A DNA stretch of 63,468 nucleotides, counting the filler, from Squatina squatina (lineage: Eukaryota), in the NCBI GenBank assembly GCA_031763465.1. It is 4 parts of 4 records of this genome, joined end to end, with 100 filler letters (N's around TTAATTAATTAA, not from the genome) between each part and the next. Parts side by side here need not be neighbours in the genome. Positions count along the whole stretch, not along the records: positions 30,059 to 51,007 come from JARFOE010000005.1; positions 51,108 to 63,468 come from JARFOE010000016.1; 2 more parts are not named here. One strand, written 5' to 3'. Shown here in pieces: positions 37,801 through 51,146 of the stretch. Every line of letters starts with the position of its first letter. The first letter of the stretch is position 1. The notes below the pieces were generated by a model. The model made no database searches and was not told the origin of the DNA. It was given only the letters and a program-made list of their open reading frames with translations. Made by a program: the position numbers and the translations under genes.

Positions 37801-40800
37801 CCAAGTAGGATATAAACCAGTAAATATTCTACAGATAAGGCTTTGGTACAGCACCATTTTGTTTTGATCATACACACAAACATTTTGCATTTATTGAAAA
37901 AAATGATCACAACAGTAATACCTGAAGTTGATTCAATAACCCTCCAGTTGCCATTTTGTAGGTGATGTTTTAAATGTTATGTGCATAATGCTGATGTTGG
38001 GGAAGCCACAAACAGGATTTCTCCCTTTAAGATCATTGTGAAGCCTTCCTGGTAGCTTAGCACATGCAGTGACGCAACAGGCAGTGTCTCGCTCCTGCCT
38101 TAAAAAGTACAAAATTTGTGCATCACATTGCTTAAGTATATAAACTATAAAATGATTTTAAACCAATCTTTTTTTAAAAAATTAACTAGTCATCCTCCCC
38201 AAAAAAAGAATTTGGAAAATATAGCTGATCGGCTTGTTTCGACACTTTCAGCAATGATATAGTTTGCTAAATGTGGGGCTAAAGCATTAGCATNNNNNNN
38301 NNNNNNNNNNNNNNNNNNNNNNNNNNNNNNNNNNNNNNNNNNNNNNNNNNNNNNNNNNNNNNNNNNNNNNNNNNNNNNNNNNNNNNNNNNNNNATGTGGG
38401 GCTAAAGCATTAGCATCAAGAGGGTTAATGTCTCTGCAAAACTGTGCTTACGATTACCTCTAGAAAAGTTTGCTGTTGTAATGTACAAGGCGATGATATT
38501 CTGAGTGAGGCATTGATAAATATATGATGAAAGCCTATAGACCACATTTTTGGTTGGGGGGGAGGGGAGAGTGCAGGGGGATAAGTAATGCAACACCTCA
38601 GCTACAGCACTTGAGATGTGTGTGCAGTGGGCACTAGTAATGGTGAAGTCATAATATGGTAACTATCTGAACAAGACGCTATCACAAAAGAGGTCTTGAA
38701 ATTACACTATGCAAATATTGGCCCAACACTTGCTATTTTAATGCTAGTTAGCCCATTCATTTCAACTCCATAAAGAAGTTTTGCTCTGGATAGTTTAACA
38801 TGGAGCAAATTTCTCAGTTAATAATGGGAACAGAGAAATTGCGTTCAGTCAAGATTTGAAAGTGGGTCAGTTGTGATAGGCTGCATTGAAAATAAGCATC
38901 AGTGAGCACTTTAACACAGAACAACAACCTGGGTCTTTTATTTCAATAACGTACTGTAAAATGTGGTCTATATACTGTTCTGATAGTGTTATTTTAACCA
39001 AACAGTATCCCTCCCTATGGATCAATATGAACCAGTAAATCCTTCAGTAACTCAACAGCTGGTCCAGAATAAATCAAGATGGCTTCTCCAAGAGACCAAT
39101 TATGATACTGAATATCATCTGTATTAAAACTAAGTCCACAGCTACGTTAAAAAGACAGCACACACTTTTCTGGTTTATGCAGGCTGTGTATCAAAAACAC
39201 AATTGCATTAATAACAACATGTAAGCTTCTAAAGAAAATGTTTTTCTGCAAAAATTATAGAGGGATATCTTTATCACAGCTTCTTAAACAGACTCATTAG
39301 AAACATTTTAGGACAGTGATTATACTCATTTACATTCAGGATACCTTTACTGGGTCTTTCTTGGCCTCATACAGGCTGAATTTTAAAGCTTTTGAAGATT
39401 ATAATTGTAGTTTGCACCAAGTCCCAATCTCAAATTCCAAAGAATNNNNNNNNNNNNNNNNNNNNNNNNNNNNNNNNNNNNNNNNNNNNNNNNNNNNNNN
39501 NNNNNNNNNNNNNNNNNNNNNNNNNNNNNNNNNNNNNNNNNNNNNNNNNNNNNNNNNNNNNNNNNNNNNNNNNNNNNNNNNNNNNNNNNNNNNNNNNNNN
39601 NNNNNNNNNNNNNNNNNNNNNNNNNNNNNNNNNNNNNNNNNNNNNNNNNNNNNNNNNNNNNNNNNNNNNNNNNNNNNNNNNNNNNNNNNNNNNNNNNNNN
39701 NNNNNNNNNNNNNNNNNNNNNNNNNNNNNNNNNNNNNNNNNNNNNNNNNNNNNNNNNNNNNNNNNNNNNNNNNNNNNNNNNNNNNNNNNNNNNNNNNNNN
39801 NNNNNNNNNNNNNNNNNNNNNNNNNNNNNNNNNNNNNNNNNNNNNNNNNNNNNNNNNNNNNNNNNNNNNNNNNNNNNNNNNNNNNNNNNNNNNNNNNNNN
39901 NNNNNNNNNNNNNNNNNNNNNNNNNNNNNNNNNNNNNNNNNNNNNNNNNNNNNNNNNNNNNNNNNNNNNNNNNNNNNNNNNNNNNNNNNNNNNNNNNNNN
40001 NNNNNNNNNNNNNNNNNNNNNNNNNNNNNNNNNNNNNNNNNNNNNNNNNNNNNNNNNNNNNNNNNNNNNNNNNNNNNNNNNNNNNNNNNNNNNNNNNNNN
40101 NNNNNNNNNNNNNNNNNNNNNNNNNNNNNNNNNNNNNNNNNNNNNNNNNNNNNNNNNNNNNNNNNNNNNNNNNNNNNNNNNNNNNNNNNNNNNNNNNNNN
40201 NNNNNNNNNNNNNNNNNNNNNNNNNNNNNNNNNNNNNNNNNNNNNNNNNNNNNNNNNNNNNNNNNNNNNNNNNNNNNNNNNNNNNNNNNNNNNNNNNNNN
40301 NNNNNNNNNNNNNNNNNNNNNNNNNNNNNNNNNNNNNNNNNNNNNNNNNNNNNNNNNNNNNNNNAGGCCAGGAAGGTTCCACGTTTAACCCTCGGTCTGT
40401 GCTAAGCAGTTAGCTGATCACAGCCCGATTGGCAGAGTGGGGGGTGGGGGTGGGGCGAACCACTAAAATCGGTCTCAGCATTCATGGTCTGGGGGTTGGG
40501 GGAAGAGGAGTAATCAGTTGGCTGCTTCTGAAGTCTATTCTGTGATCTTGCTGGAAATGGACATTAAGTCGGGCATCGGGCATGCTTGGTTGTGATGCCT
40601 CACAGTTGCATTGCACCGACAGTAACTTGTCCAGACTCATGTAAAGAACAGCCACGTGTACGAGGTTCCAGAGGGCTTCTGCTGGCTATGGGACAATATC
40701 CAGCATGAACTGTATCTATCAGAAGAGACAGCGTAAAGGGGGAAAAAGCGGATTGCGTAAAATATACGCGCTTTGTACTGTTGCTAACAGATGCCAATTT

Positions 40801-41861
40801 GCAGGAATCTAGGTTCTTAAAATTATTTTTCTTCAGCCATGATGATAAGAACAGCTATAATGCAGCGATCTCATTTTGAGATATACCACATTACACCGTA
40901 TCTTAAGAATGACACACTAGACATCAGTTTCTGAGGGGCCTGCCGTAACATTATTTCTATTCAAACTGGTCCTTTGCTTCTCTTGGCAAAAGGAAGTGGT
41001 AGAGTGTTTCTCATTAAAAACAAAAGCATGAGGCGCATTGAATCTGCTCGCCTTAACTGAAACCNNNNNNNNNNNNNNNNNNNNNNNNNNNNNNNNNNNN
41101 NNNNNNNNNNNNNNNNNNNNNNNNNNNNNNNNNNNNNNNNNNNNNNNNNNNNNNNNNNNNNNNNAAGAACACAGTACTGATCCCTAGGCAACACTGCTGT
41201 TCACATGCTGTCTTTAGCCCTACTCTCTTTTTCATATCTCCAAATCAATTACCAACCTTTGTCACTATGTTCTTTCACACTGCTGATAATCTCTTGTGCA
41301 GATCCATATCAAATACCTTCTAGCTGTTCATATGGATAGCATGGATAGACACTCCCCTAGCCAACATTTCAATGACCTCGACCAGATTAGCTAGACATGA
41401 CTATTCATAAATCCAAAAGCAAAATACTGCAGACGCTGGAAATCTGAAATAAATCCATGCAGACTCTGATCACCTCATACTTGTCCAATTGCTCAGTCAC
41501 TCTGTCCCTGATCAACTTCCTCACAATTGATGAGTCTGTAGTTACCCATGTTCTTCCTCCTTTTCTTTTTAAATAGTGGAGTGGTATTTGCAATTTCCAA
41601 TCCAAAGACACTGTCAGGCTATATATAACCACAACAGGCAGATGGAAAAGGTAGATAGAGTCTGATTTTTTTTCCAACCCACCGAGGAATTCAGTTAAGG
41701 CGCTGCACAGTTTGGTTCAGTATCAACTGACAAAGTTCAGTCCAATTGCAATGGCTTTGGAAGCACACAACATCACTTTGAGATAACAGCACTACCATAG
41801 ATTGTTGCTCTTGTTCATACACATTGTGATATGGATTGGTAATCGGTTGGGAGGTAGGAAG

Positions 41862-42012
41862 CTCAGGAATGATATATTGGCCTTGGAAGGGGTACAGCAC
41901 AGATTCACCAGAATGATACCAAGGGCTTTAAGGATTAAATTACGTGGTCAGATTGCATAAACCTGGCTTGTATTCTCTTGAGTTTAGAAGGTTGAGTGGT
42001 GATCTAATCAAG
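41862..42012 (+). mobile_element. CR1 LINE fragment
   Basis: RNDILALEGVQHRFTRMIP...GLYSLEFRRLSGDLIK motif. Confidence 0.75.
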
Positions 42013-45000
42013 GTAATAACACCTTATTTTTAGAATATTACACGTTATGTATATTATACCTATTTTTCATTTCGGAACTCCTCCATTTATTTCAACAAGA
42101 AATGCCAACCACCTCGAAAAAATGTCTGCTACATTTCATTCCCTAGTTCCCACATCAATAAATACACCCCAAAGCTTTACCATGCAGCAGAACCGTTCTG
42201 CTAAACAACTATCTTAATATTCTACCATTTAGTTCCTTTTTTACATATTTTCCAGGCTAATTTCACTTCCAGTTTCCTCTACTTTTCTTCAAAGTATATT
42301 TGACTTTTGAGCTGCATGCATCATTAATAAAGCATCTGTAAAAATGAATGTCTCAATACATAAAAGATTGTTGCTACAAAGAGAAAATGTCCCTGTCCAA
42401 CANNNNNNNNNNNNNNNNNNNNNNNNNNNNNNNNNNNNNNNNNNNNNNNNNNNNNNNNNNNNNNNNNNNNNNNNNNNNNNNNNNNNNNNNNNNNNNNNNN
42501 NNCAACATTGTTGAGGCAGTTGCCACACTAATTATACAGCACTATAAATATATCTCTCATATTTATCAATTTCAGTACTTTTTCTGAATAAACATTTTCT
42601 TTAAAAATGTTTCCACACCAAGCCAAAAAGGATTTAAATACACAGGAGGAAGTCATTATTCAAGTACATTTGCACTTATCTTTTGACACTGGGGATGTAC
42701 TGATTACATTTGAATGATATGATGGAAAGGTCTTGTCTCTTGGTTTAAATAACGCAAAGGCTTCTTAAAAATATTGCAGAATGTTACGAGTGGGATACTC
42801 TTGCAAGCCAGCTTTCACTAACAAGTATTCCATTCATAACATATCATGTTAAAGAAATCTCAGATTGCGCTGTTTAGATTTTAACAGGTGCTGTCAAGTA
42901 GCGTAAAAGGCAGTGTGAACCAAGAGAAAGATGGGAGTCATATATTCCCACACATATAAATCACTGTGGATGTTTATTGGATATCCCACCTGAGACATTG
43001 AGTTATGGCAGTTCTTTCACAAATGGGCCACTCCCATGAACTCATGAGCATCTCATTCATCTTTGACAGATTGAAAGGATACCAGTGCATCATCAACAAT
43101 TATTCCAAGGACAGTTACTTTTGCATTGCAAGTGGGGGCTTTTGTAGTGTAACACACAAATCACAAGATTTGGTTATAATTGATTAGAGAACATTAGCAT
43201 ATTTGATATCAAATGGTTGCAAAATAGCACTTTATTGGCCAATCATTATTATGCAACAGTTCTCTTACAACATTAAGTTGCAGGTTGAAAATTCCCTTTT
43301 TCTCTTGATTACTGAGCATCTTTTTAGGATTTCGCTAACATTCTGTTGGACTGCACCAGTTTGATGCACATTTTGCCAGACAAAGAAATGCTGNNNNNNN
43401 NNNNNNNNNNNNNNNNNNNNNNNNNNNNNNNNNNNNNNNNNNNNNNNNNNNNNNNNNNNNNNNNNNNNNNNNNNNNNNNNNNNNNNNNNNNNNNNNNNNN
43501 NNNNNNNNNNCTACTGCAGTTATATTTTATATCAATACCCCCTCCTTTCTCATCACTTCACTTTCTCCCAAAAATATTAAAGTATAAAAGCCGCTAGAGC
43601 TGAATAATTCACTTTCTGATTGTTTATTAAGTTCACTGTGACAATGGAAATATTCCATTCACATTTTACTAATTCTTGTCTGAATCATGTCAAGGAGTAA
43701 CAGGCTAAGTTTGCTTTTGCAGTATCTAATCGGTTATCAAAGCTACAATATCTAATCAGTTTTGCATCTGCAATATTCAAAGAGGTTCAACCTTGCAACA
43801 TTAGACCAATTTTGATTACCCAACCAATTTCCTTGAAATAAAATCCAATCGATCCTCGGACTGAATATTGAAAGCCAAATAATCCAAACAAGTAATTGGA
43901 TTATGGCCCTCATACAAACTGGCACTGATAATGACAATAGCCTTGAGTACAGTGTTAGCTGGGCTAATAAAAATCGAAGAGAAGTATCAGATTGGTTACC
44001 AGTTCCTAATGTATGGAGATGAGTTGTCTTATCGAATACCAGCTTTGATCTGCACACATGGCTAAACAGGTCACAGGATCAATGAAAGGATTTTCTATCC
44101 CAGTGATAAAAGTCAGCCGCATGGGTAAAAACCTGCTTTATTGCCATTATAATTGTGTAAAGATTGTTTCAGGGCTTTGCAAGTACAGGAAGCGGTGAAA
44201 GGACATGAATTTACCCATTTATGATCATTTGACTTGGGCAACAAACACTTGTGGTAAACTATCAAATATGAAAGTAAGGNNNNNNNNNNNNNNNNNNNNN
44301 NNNNNNNNNNNNNNNNNNNNNNNNNNNNNNNNNNNNNNNNNNNNNNNNNNNNNNNNNNNNNNNNNNNNNNNNNNNNNNNNNNNNNNNNNNNNNNNNNNNN
44401 NNNNNNNNNNNNNNNNNNNNNNNNNNNNNNNNNNNNNNNNNNNNNNNNNNNNNNNNNNNNNNNNNNNNNNNNNNNNNNNNNNNNNNNNNNNNNNNNNNNN
44501 NNNNNNNNNNNNNNNNNNNNNNNNNNNNNNNNNNNNNNNNNNNNNNNNNNNNNNNNNNNNNNNNNNNNNNNNNNNNNNNNNNNNNNNNNNNNNNNNNNNN
44601 NNNNNNNNNNNNNNNNNNNNNNNNNNNNNNNNNNNNNNNNNNNNNNNNNNNNNNNNNNNNNNNNNNNNNNNNNNNNNNNNNNNNNNNNNNNNNNNNNNNN
44701 NNNNNNNNNNNNNNNNNNNNNNNNNNNNNNNNNNNNNNNNNNNNNNNNNNNNNNNNNNNNNNNNNNNNNNNNNNNNNNNNNNNNNNNNNNNNNNNNNNNN
44801 NNNNNNNNNNNNNNNNNNNNNNNNNNNNNNNNNNNNNNNNNNNNNNNNNNNNNNNNNNNNNNNNNNNNNNNNNNNNNNNNNNNNNNNNNNNNNNNNNNNN
44901 NNNNNNNNNNNNNNNNNNNNNNNNNNNNNNNNNNNNNNNNNNNNNNNNNNNNNNNNNNNNNNNNNNNNNNNNNNNNNNNNNNNNNNNNNNNNNNNNNNNN

Positions 45001-45404
45001 NNNNNNNNNNNNNNNNNNNNNNNNNNNNNNNNNNNNNNNNNTGACATTATTTATGGGCAGATAAATGTTCCCCAATTAGATGTGGTATCATATTCTTGGC
45101 ATCAAATTATTACAAACTACATGTTTCTTCACACCAATTTTTTCAAGCACTTAAACTAGCTAGGTTGGCAGAACAAAGTATTGCCACCCTTTAATAGACC
45201 TTTCAAGGGATATATACGAATACGGTGCTGATAGTTTTAATTGTAGAGTAGAAAATAGCGCTGTAGCACTGGTGTTTACACAACAGAGACCACAAGGCTA
45301 ACTTCGACCACAGGGTCTGTACTCGACTTCTCTGAGCAGAGAAACACATTCTGTACACAGATTCACAAATCTCATCATGTATTTTGTTAAACTAATAATT
45401 ATTA

Positions 45405-45631
45405 CTAGAGCAGGGTTGCCTGCCCATCAGGTTCTTCATGATCCACCTTATCCAGAATGGCCATTTCATCCTCAGGCTGGTGTCTGCACTTGTGAAACTC
45501 TTCTTTCATGGCAGAAAAATAAGCATAAGGGTCCTGACGGGAGTGTCTCTTCTTCTTTTGGAGGTAGAGAATGCCTTGGGGCTGGAGAACCTGAGATTCA
45601 CCGGGCTGCTGGACCTGTGAGATTGGAAAAC
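45405..45631 (-). CDS. IGSF9B: IGSF9B (turtle homolog B) terminal coding exon with PDZ-binding-like C-terminus
   Basis: ttttggttag|GT TTT... gives FPISQVQQPGESQVLQPQGILYLQKKKRHSRQDPYAYFSAMKEEFHKCRHQPEDEMAILDKVDHEEPDGQATLL*. Matches the human IGSF9B long-isoform tail (KKKRHSRPDPF...VDHDDPGGHATLL). Not in the ORF track. Confidence 0.9.
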
Positions 45632-45918
45632 CTAACCAAAAAAAAAGAATATAGTTAGATACTAACTAAATCTCAGTGATAGCTGTGCACGTGGTAGGCC
45701 TTAACTGCTTTAGATAGGAATTAAGTTTGGAACTCCTTGTGAGGTGCTACCAATAGCATCTGGTTGAGGGATAGCACAAATTCTAGGAAGTAAGTCTGCA
45801 AAATAATATTATTTCTGTNNNNNNNNNNNNNNNNNNNNNNNNNNNNNNNNNNNNNNNNNNNNNNNNNNNNNNNNNNNNNNNNNNNNNNNNNNNNNNNNNN
45901 NNNNNNNNNNNNNNNNNN

Positions 45919-46110
45919 CCTTACTCCATCTAACCCTATCAGCTCTTTCTATTCCTTTCTCCATCATGTATTTATCAAGCTTTTCCTTAAATGCATCAAT
46001 GCTAGTCACCTATACTATTCCACATTCTAACCACTCTCTCGGTAAAGGAGTGTCTCCTGAATTCCCTATTGAATTTATTAGTGACTATCTTATATTTATG
46101 ACTTCCAGTT
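45919..46110 (-). mobile_element. CR1 LINE 3' fragment
   Basis: SIDAFKEKLDKYMMEKGIE and EFRRHSFTERVVRMW motifs on the minus strand. Confidence 0.8.
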
Positions 46111-49100
46111 ATGGAGACACACTGGGGTCGATTTTGACTTTTGCGTATGCTGGCCAGCCACCAGTCCCAGCAGTGAAGAGGACTCCATGGACCACAATCT
46201 CATTTTGTGCTGGAAATAGAATAGAATCGAAGTCAATGGAGAGTAACATTGGGCGGGGTGTACCCATTCCTGTGGGTTTCCCCCTCTACATTATGTCTAT
46301 ACAATAATCCCCACACTGTTGCCACTGCCTTCAGATAATGAAAGCATTGAATATTGAAACAAATTCTTGGACTCCTTTCTTAGTCAGAAGGTCAGACTGA
46401 ATTTAAATAGATTGCATAAAAGATGTGCTTCTTTGCAAGGGTATACCTGCTTCAAATGCATTCCTTAGCTACTTCCAGATGTGTTCTGATGAAAATGACA
46501 AAATAAATGTGAATGGGGCCTCAATGGAAGCATTGGTGCTTCAACAGGAAGAACTAAGAGCTTTTGCACAGTTTAGATTGTTGACAGTTATATTAAGTTC
46601 CTACTTTTTTTCTACATAGATTTTAATCAGACTATGAGGAAAATGAGCCCTGGGAACGGATCTCAAGTTTATTTTTTTTACAATCTTCTGACACCTTTAT
46701 TGGAATACTGTGCACACTCCTAAGATGACTTTGAAATTTATGGTACATTTTGCCAAGCTTCCCCAGATAACCTGGTGACTTCATGGTATTGTCATGGCGG
46801 TTGGACAGCTCATCATGAAAAACTGTTTTCGCCTATATACACATCCATGTCAAGGCTAAACGATCAAGGCCCCTCACATTACGAGATTGATGTAACAACA
46901 AACTGTGTCACGGAGTGGTTAGATGCGGGTTTGCTGTCACAATATTTTACACAAGCTCACAAACTTGGTTCAGCTGTTAGGCGGGGGAAGGTGAAGAGAG
47001 GGGCACCATTGAAATGCTTCTTTATAGGTAGGTTGTCACTAATAGCCAATCATCAGCACTTCACCTAGTGGGCAGTTACAGAGCCACATGGATAGATACC
47101 TGGATGCAGTTTGCCAGCCCTGCCTCTCAGCAGGGAATACTGAGTGCTGTGGAAGAACCTAAAGAGGAGGAAATGAAATATTGCGAAGCAATAAATGNNN
47201 NNNNNNNNNNNNNNNNNNNNNNNNNNNNNNNNNNNNNNNNNNNNNNNNNNNNNNNNNNNNNNNNNNNNNNNNNNNNNNNNNNNNNNNNNNNNNNNNNAGA
47301 TCTCGGTGATTGCTTTTAAGGTGTGTGGAAATATAGGTGAGGAGGTGGGGTTATGGGAGAAGAACAAACAGTACCTTCAAATCCCAAGGAAAATCTTTTT
47401 CTGCCAGTGTGTTGAGGTCTTGGGCTATGAGCATTCTTGACTAAAGTGAACATATCTACTTATGGTGCACCATTATTATTGGAACAGGTACTAACTTAAT
47501 AAAAGAAGTTTAAGACAAACTACAACAATTTGCTGCAATGCAAAATTAATGACAGTTAGTAAATGATTACACTGCTGTGCAAAAGAGCGTCACTTGTATG
47601 TATCTAACGACATACATATTCATCTACAATGGGCTTCACCATGCTGACAGAGGGGGAGGAATGGCAGGATTAGGGAAAATGCTTAGGAACAATCACATTG
47701 AGCCACTCAGAAGACAAATGCAACAACGTTTAACTAGCGGCAGCATGCATTGCTTTAGCAGATGTGTATTTAAAGGGGAATACTTGAACTTTCAACAATG
47801 CAAGAATTTTCTTAAGTGATTTTTTTTTTCTGTCCAGCAATAACAGAAAAGATGGCACGTCCAAGTGGATCAAAAGTGAGTTATGTCATGAAAAACAGGA
47901 TTGGGGGGGATTTCAAAGCAGCAATACGAATAGAGGAAAACACATTGATGTCACTTGTTACCAAGACAAACACAGCAAAGTGTTTTTGGACCACTGGCTT
48001 AGCACCTATTGGGTACGATAGTGGCAGTGCACAAGAGCCCTGGGAAATTACTGTCAGCCCTCCATGCCATCAGGAACTGAAGACTGAATCGTGCAAATAT
48101 CGCATCAATGATACAGTATTGTTTATGTTATGCAATTTACACTTATAGGTAGATCCCATTTTTAAAGTATTTGCATTTTCATGATGACATATTCACTAAA
48201 AATCTATCACTGTGAACCTCAGAACAAAGATCTGTCTTATTTGAACATCTTTTGCAGTAGACCACACAATATAATGTTAAATGGCAGGATGGTTTTAAAA
48301 ACAAAATAGATGTTTGTGATTGGGGAAATGTTTCCATTTTCTTGGCAACTGATTGATGGTAGATTTTGCACTGTGTTTCCTTGAAGATATTACTGTCTTT
48401 TCAAATTATATTCACAGTTAAATTTAGCTGCCAGCATTGGCACACAATCTTATTACAAGTCCACTGAACACCATAGAATCATCCAGCACAGAAGGAGGCT
48501 ATTCAGCCTCTTTGTGCCGGCTCTTTGAAAGAGCTCTCCAATTAGTCTCACCCCACTGCCATAAAAGCTAAAACAAATGGAAAATGTAGTACAGCCCAAC
48601 AGGACAATGGTTAAAGGCACTTATTTCCTGTGCAGTTGTTCCTGACACTTCAGTCGGTCAATCACACTATTAGTGCCTTTTATTTGTTCTTGATGTGCCC
48701 CGGGGCCCAGGAGGTAAACTTCCTCCTGTCCATGGAACATCTGACCACAAGGATAGGTNNNNNNNNNNNNNNNNNNNNNNNNNNNNNNNNNNNNNNNNNN
48801 NNNNNNNNNNNNNNNNNNNNNNNNNNNNNNNNNNNNNNNNNNNNNNNNNNNNNNNNNNNNNNNNNNNNNNNNNNNNNNNNNNNNNNNNNNNNNNNNNNNN
48901 NNNNNNNNNNNNNNNNNNNNNNNNNNNNNNNNNNNNNNNNNNNNNNNNNNNNNNNNNACCACTCCTCCTGCACCTTTCAAACTGCTGCTCCCCTGCGCTC
49001 CCGCACCGTTCAAACTACCGCTCTTCCTGCTCCTCCTGCTCCTTTCATACTGCCACTCCTCCCTGCTGCCCCCACCCCTTTCAGACATGGATTCGACCCT

Positions 49101-50051
49101 TACCTATTGAGGTGTTGAGGACCTGGTCACAACAACACTGCCGTGATAGCTGAGATTAATCAAAAACAAAGCAGTTAAGACTCTGAATGATCCATTTAAT
49201 TTGAAGAATATTCATTAAACGAATGAAGACATTCAGGTACATGAGCAGAACGCTCAATAATGTCAGTGGGTTCCGCATACACTGCAACTGACATCAATGG
49301 AAATGGAAGAGGATCTTGAACAAAATGGAAAGACATTTTCAGGTCATTTTTAAAGAAAATTTTTACGGAGTTTTCAAGCACAATGACAAGACACGACAGC
49401 TTTACCTGCAACTCACTCGAAAAGGAGTTCACTGAGAAAAGGGAAAAATGCAACACTTATGCGGTGATTGAGAACTTCAGGCAGCCTTGGGTTATAACGT
49501 TTCAAGATTGATTAATGTCAACCTTCAAACTCATATTACCACACCCTGATCGATTGTGTCCGGCCGAGTGGAGACCTGAGCTACAAGACCTGGAGTTCAT
49601 ATTGTGGCAAAGAACTAATTCAAATCAGCAATAATAAAGCAAAGAATTGTGGTTGACATTTCCTTGTTATTTAAAGGAGAGAAGAGCACATCAGTGTGTG
49701 CAGTCACAAACCTAAAGGCACACTGTCCTTCTGTAGTCCCTCCAGAATTATATGCAATGTAATACATAGTTTGTTTACTTTTCAAAGGCCTCTGATAAAG
49801 TTCCAAGTGTATTTCTTAAATTTCCTTTTCATAGTCACGCTTTCCTTCTTCAGCTANNNNNNNNNNNNNNNNNNNNNNNNNNNNNNNNNNNNNNNNNNNN
49901 NNNNNNNNNNNNNNNNNNNNNNNNNNNNNNNNNNNNNNNNNNNNNNNNNNNNNNNNACAGGAATTCCACAATAAATGAACAATGCTTAGTCGTATGGAAG
50001 AAATCAAATTGACTTTCCAACTGATCTGGTTCAACATTCTTTTTCAAATAC

Positions 50052-50948
50052 CTACCCTGAAGTAGATAAGTGTGAAGGTGGGTGTTCAAAAGGAGGAATG
50101 TCTTCACCTCTCCTCCTTTGGGAAGGGATCTGACTATAAAACTCGCTGCGCTCTGTTGCAGGAGAAAGGGATCCTGCGTAGCTGCCTGTAGAAGGTGTCA
50201 GTGCCATGTGAGGTCTATAACTGGGGCTTCCTCGTCTGCTGCCCTGGCCAGCAGTGCCGCTTTGTGCTGGTGAGGAGGACGGAGAGGACCTTCTGGATAA
50301 GCTAACAACAGCAGGAGGCTGAAGGGTAATTTCAGACATCTCCACAGAGATACCTGCAGGAAAGATGCCTCGGGAGGGCTGCATGACACTAGGCCGAGGC
50401 CGTGGGCGGGATGAAATCTCTGGGGAGGCATGACGGGAACTCATAGGACTCTGACTCAAAGGGGAGAGCCGGGAAGGCTGTAGAACCACCTGGTGTAAAC
50501 TGGCCTCAGTCCTTCTGCCTTGTCTAGGGCTGGGTCTGGGCCTGGGTCTAGGTTCGTACCACCTGGTGTCCAGGCTGAATGTGCTTGTGCCACTAGGACC
50601 AGCCTGTTTGGCTGATTCAGTGTAAGGCAATGTGGGTGCACTTATACCGTGGCTGGTATGCTTTAGCTGCCCATGACTGGTCTGTTGCATAGGTTGATGT
50701 GGATGTTTTTGAGAGAGAGAGACAGATCCTTTAGTTTTGCTGGGAGTTTTGCCAGTCCGACTCTTTGGTGCCTCCAGTTGCAGTACGCTATGGTAGGGTG
50801 CTGGGACCTGGAGTGAGGAAGGGGGGCCGCCCCTTGGAAGACCAGCCTTTGGCAGTGTACTCTCAGGTGTATCTTGATGGTGTGAAAACATAACTGGAGA
50901 GCTTTCAATGCTGCTGATAGACATCCTGTGGTATGGTGATTCTGTTTG
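50052..50948 (-). CDS. IGSF9B: IGSF9B large Pro/Ser-rich cytoplasmic-domain exon (partial)
   Basis: Contains PKAGLPRG, LDTRWYEPRPRPRPSPRQGRRTEASLHQVVLQPSRLSPLSQSP, EMSEITLQPPAVVS and GSPSYRP, all recognisable IGSF9B motifs. Ends TCA GG|gtaggt (donor after 50056) or reads through to TAG at 50052-50054. Confidence 0.93.
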   Translation of the reverse strand, partial: QTESPYHRMSISSIESSPVMFSHHQDTPESTLPKAGLPRGGPPSSLQVPAPYHSVLQLEAPKSRTGKTPSKTKGSVSLSQKHPHQPMQQTSHGQLKHTSHGISAPTLPYTESAKQAGPSGTSTFSLDTRWYEPRPRPRPSPRQGRRTEASLHQVVLQPSRLSPLSQSPMSSRHASPEISSRPRPRPSVMQPSRGIFPAGISVEMSEITLQPPAVVSLSRRSSPSSSPAQSGTAGQGSRRGSPSYRPHMALTPSTGSYAGSLSPATERSEFYSQIPSQRRRGEDIPPFEHPPSHLSTSG

Positions 50949-51051
50949 TCATGACTCATCCTCATGGGCTAAAATGTTCTCCCGTCAAGTAGTCTGTATA
51001 CCCTCTCNNNNNNNNNNNNNNNNNNNNNNNNNNNNNNNNNNNNNNNNNNNN

Positions 51052-51063
51052 TTAATTAATTAA
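51052..51063. other. Artificial scaffold-concatenation spacer TTAATTAATTAA
   Basis: Same 44N-12mer-44N pattern. Confidence 0.95.
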
Positions 51064-51146
51064 NNNNNNNNNNNNNNNNNNNNNNNNNNNNNNNNNNNNN
51101 NNNNNNNAAATTGCTGATATTGAGCAATCTGTTGGGGCCGTGTTGT

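Noticed and set aside
38271-38416. 23-bp direct repeat ATGTGGGGCTAAAGCATTAGCAT on both sides of a 100-N gap
   Set aside because: Most simply an unmerged contig overlap, not a TSD or CRISPR-like repeat.
39316-45075. ORFs of 260-365 aa in the ORF track
   Set aside because: Almost entirely X, translated from N gaps.
17530-51063. Recurring palindrome TTAATTAATTAA as a biological motif
   Set aside because: Always centred in exactly 44+44 Ns, so it is a synthetic six-frame-stop spacer.
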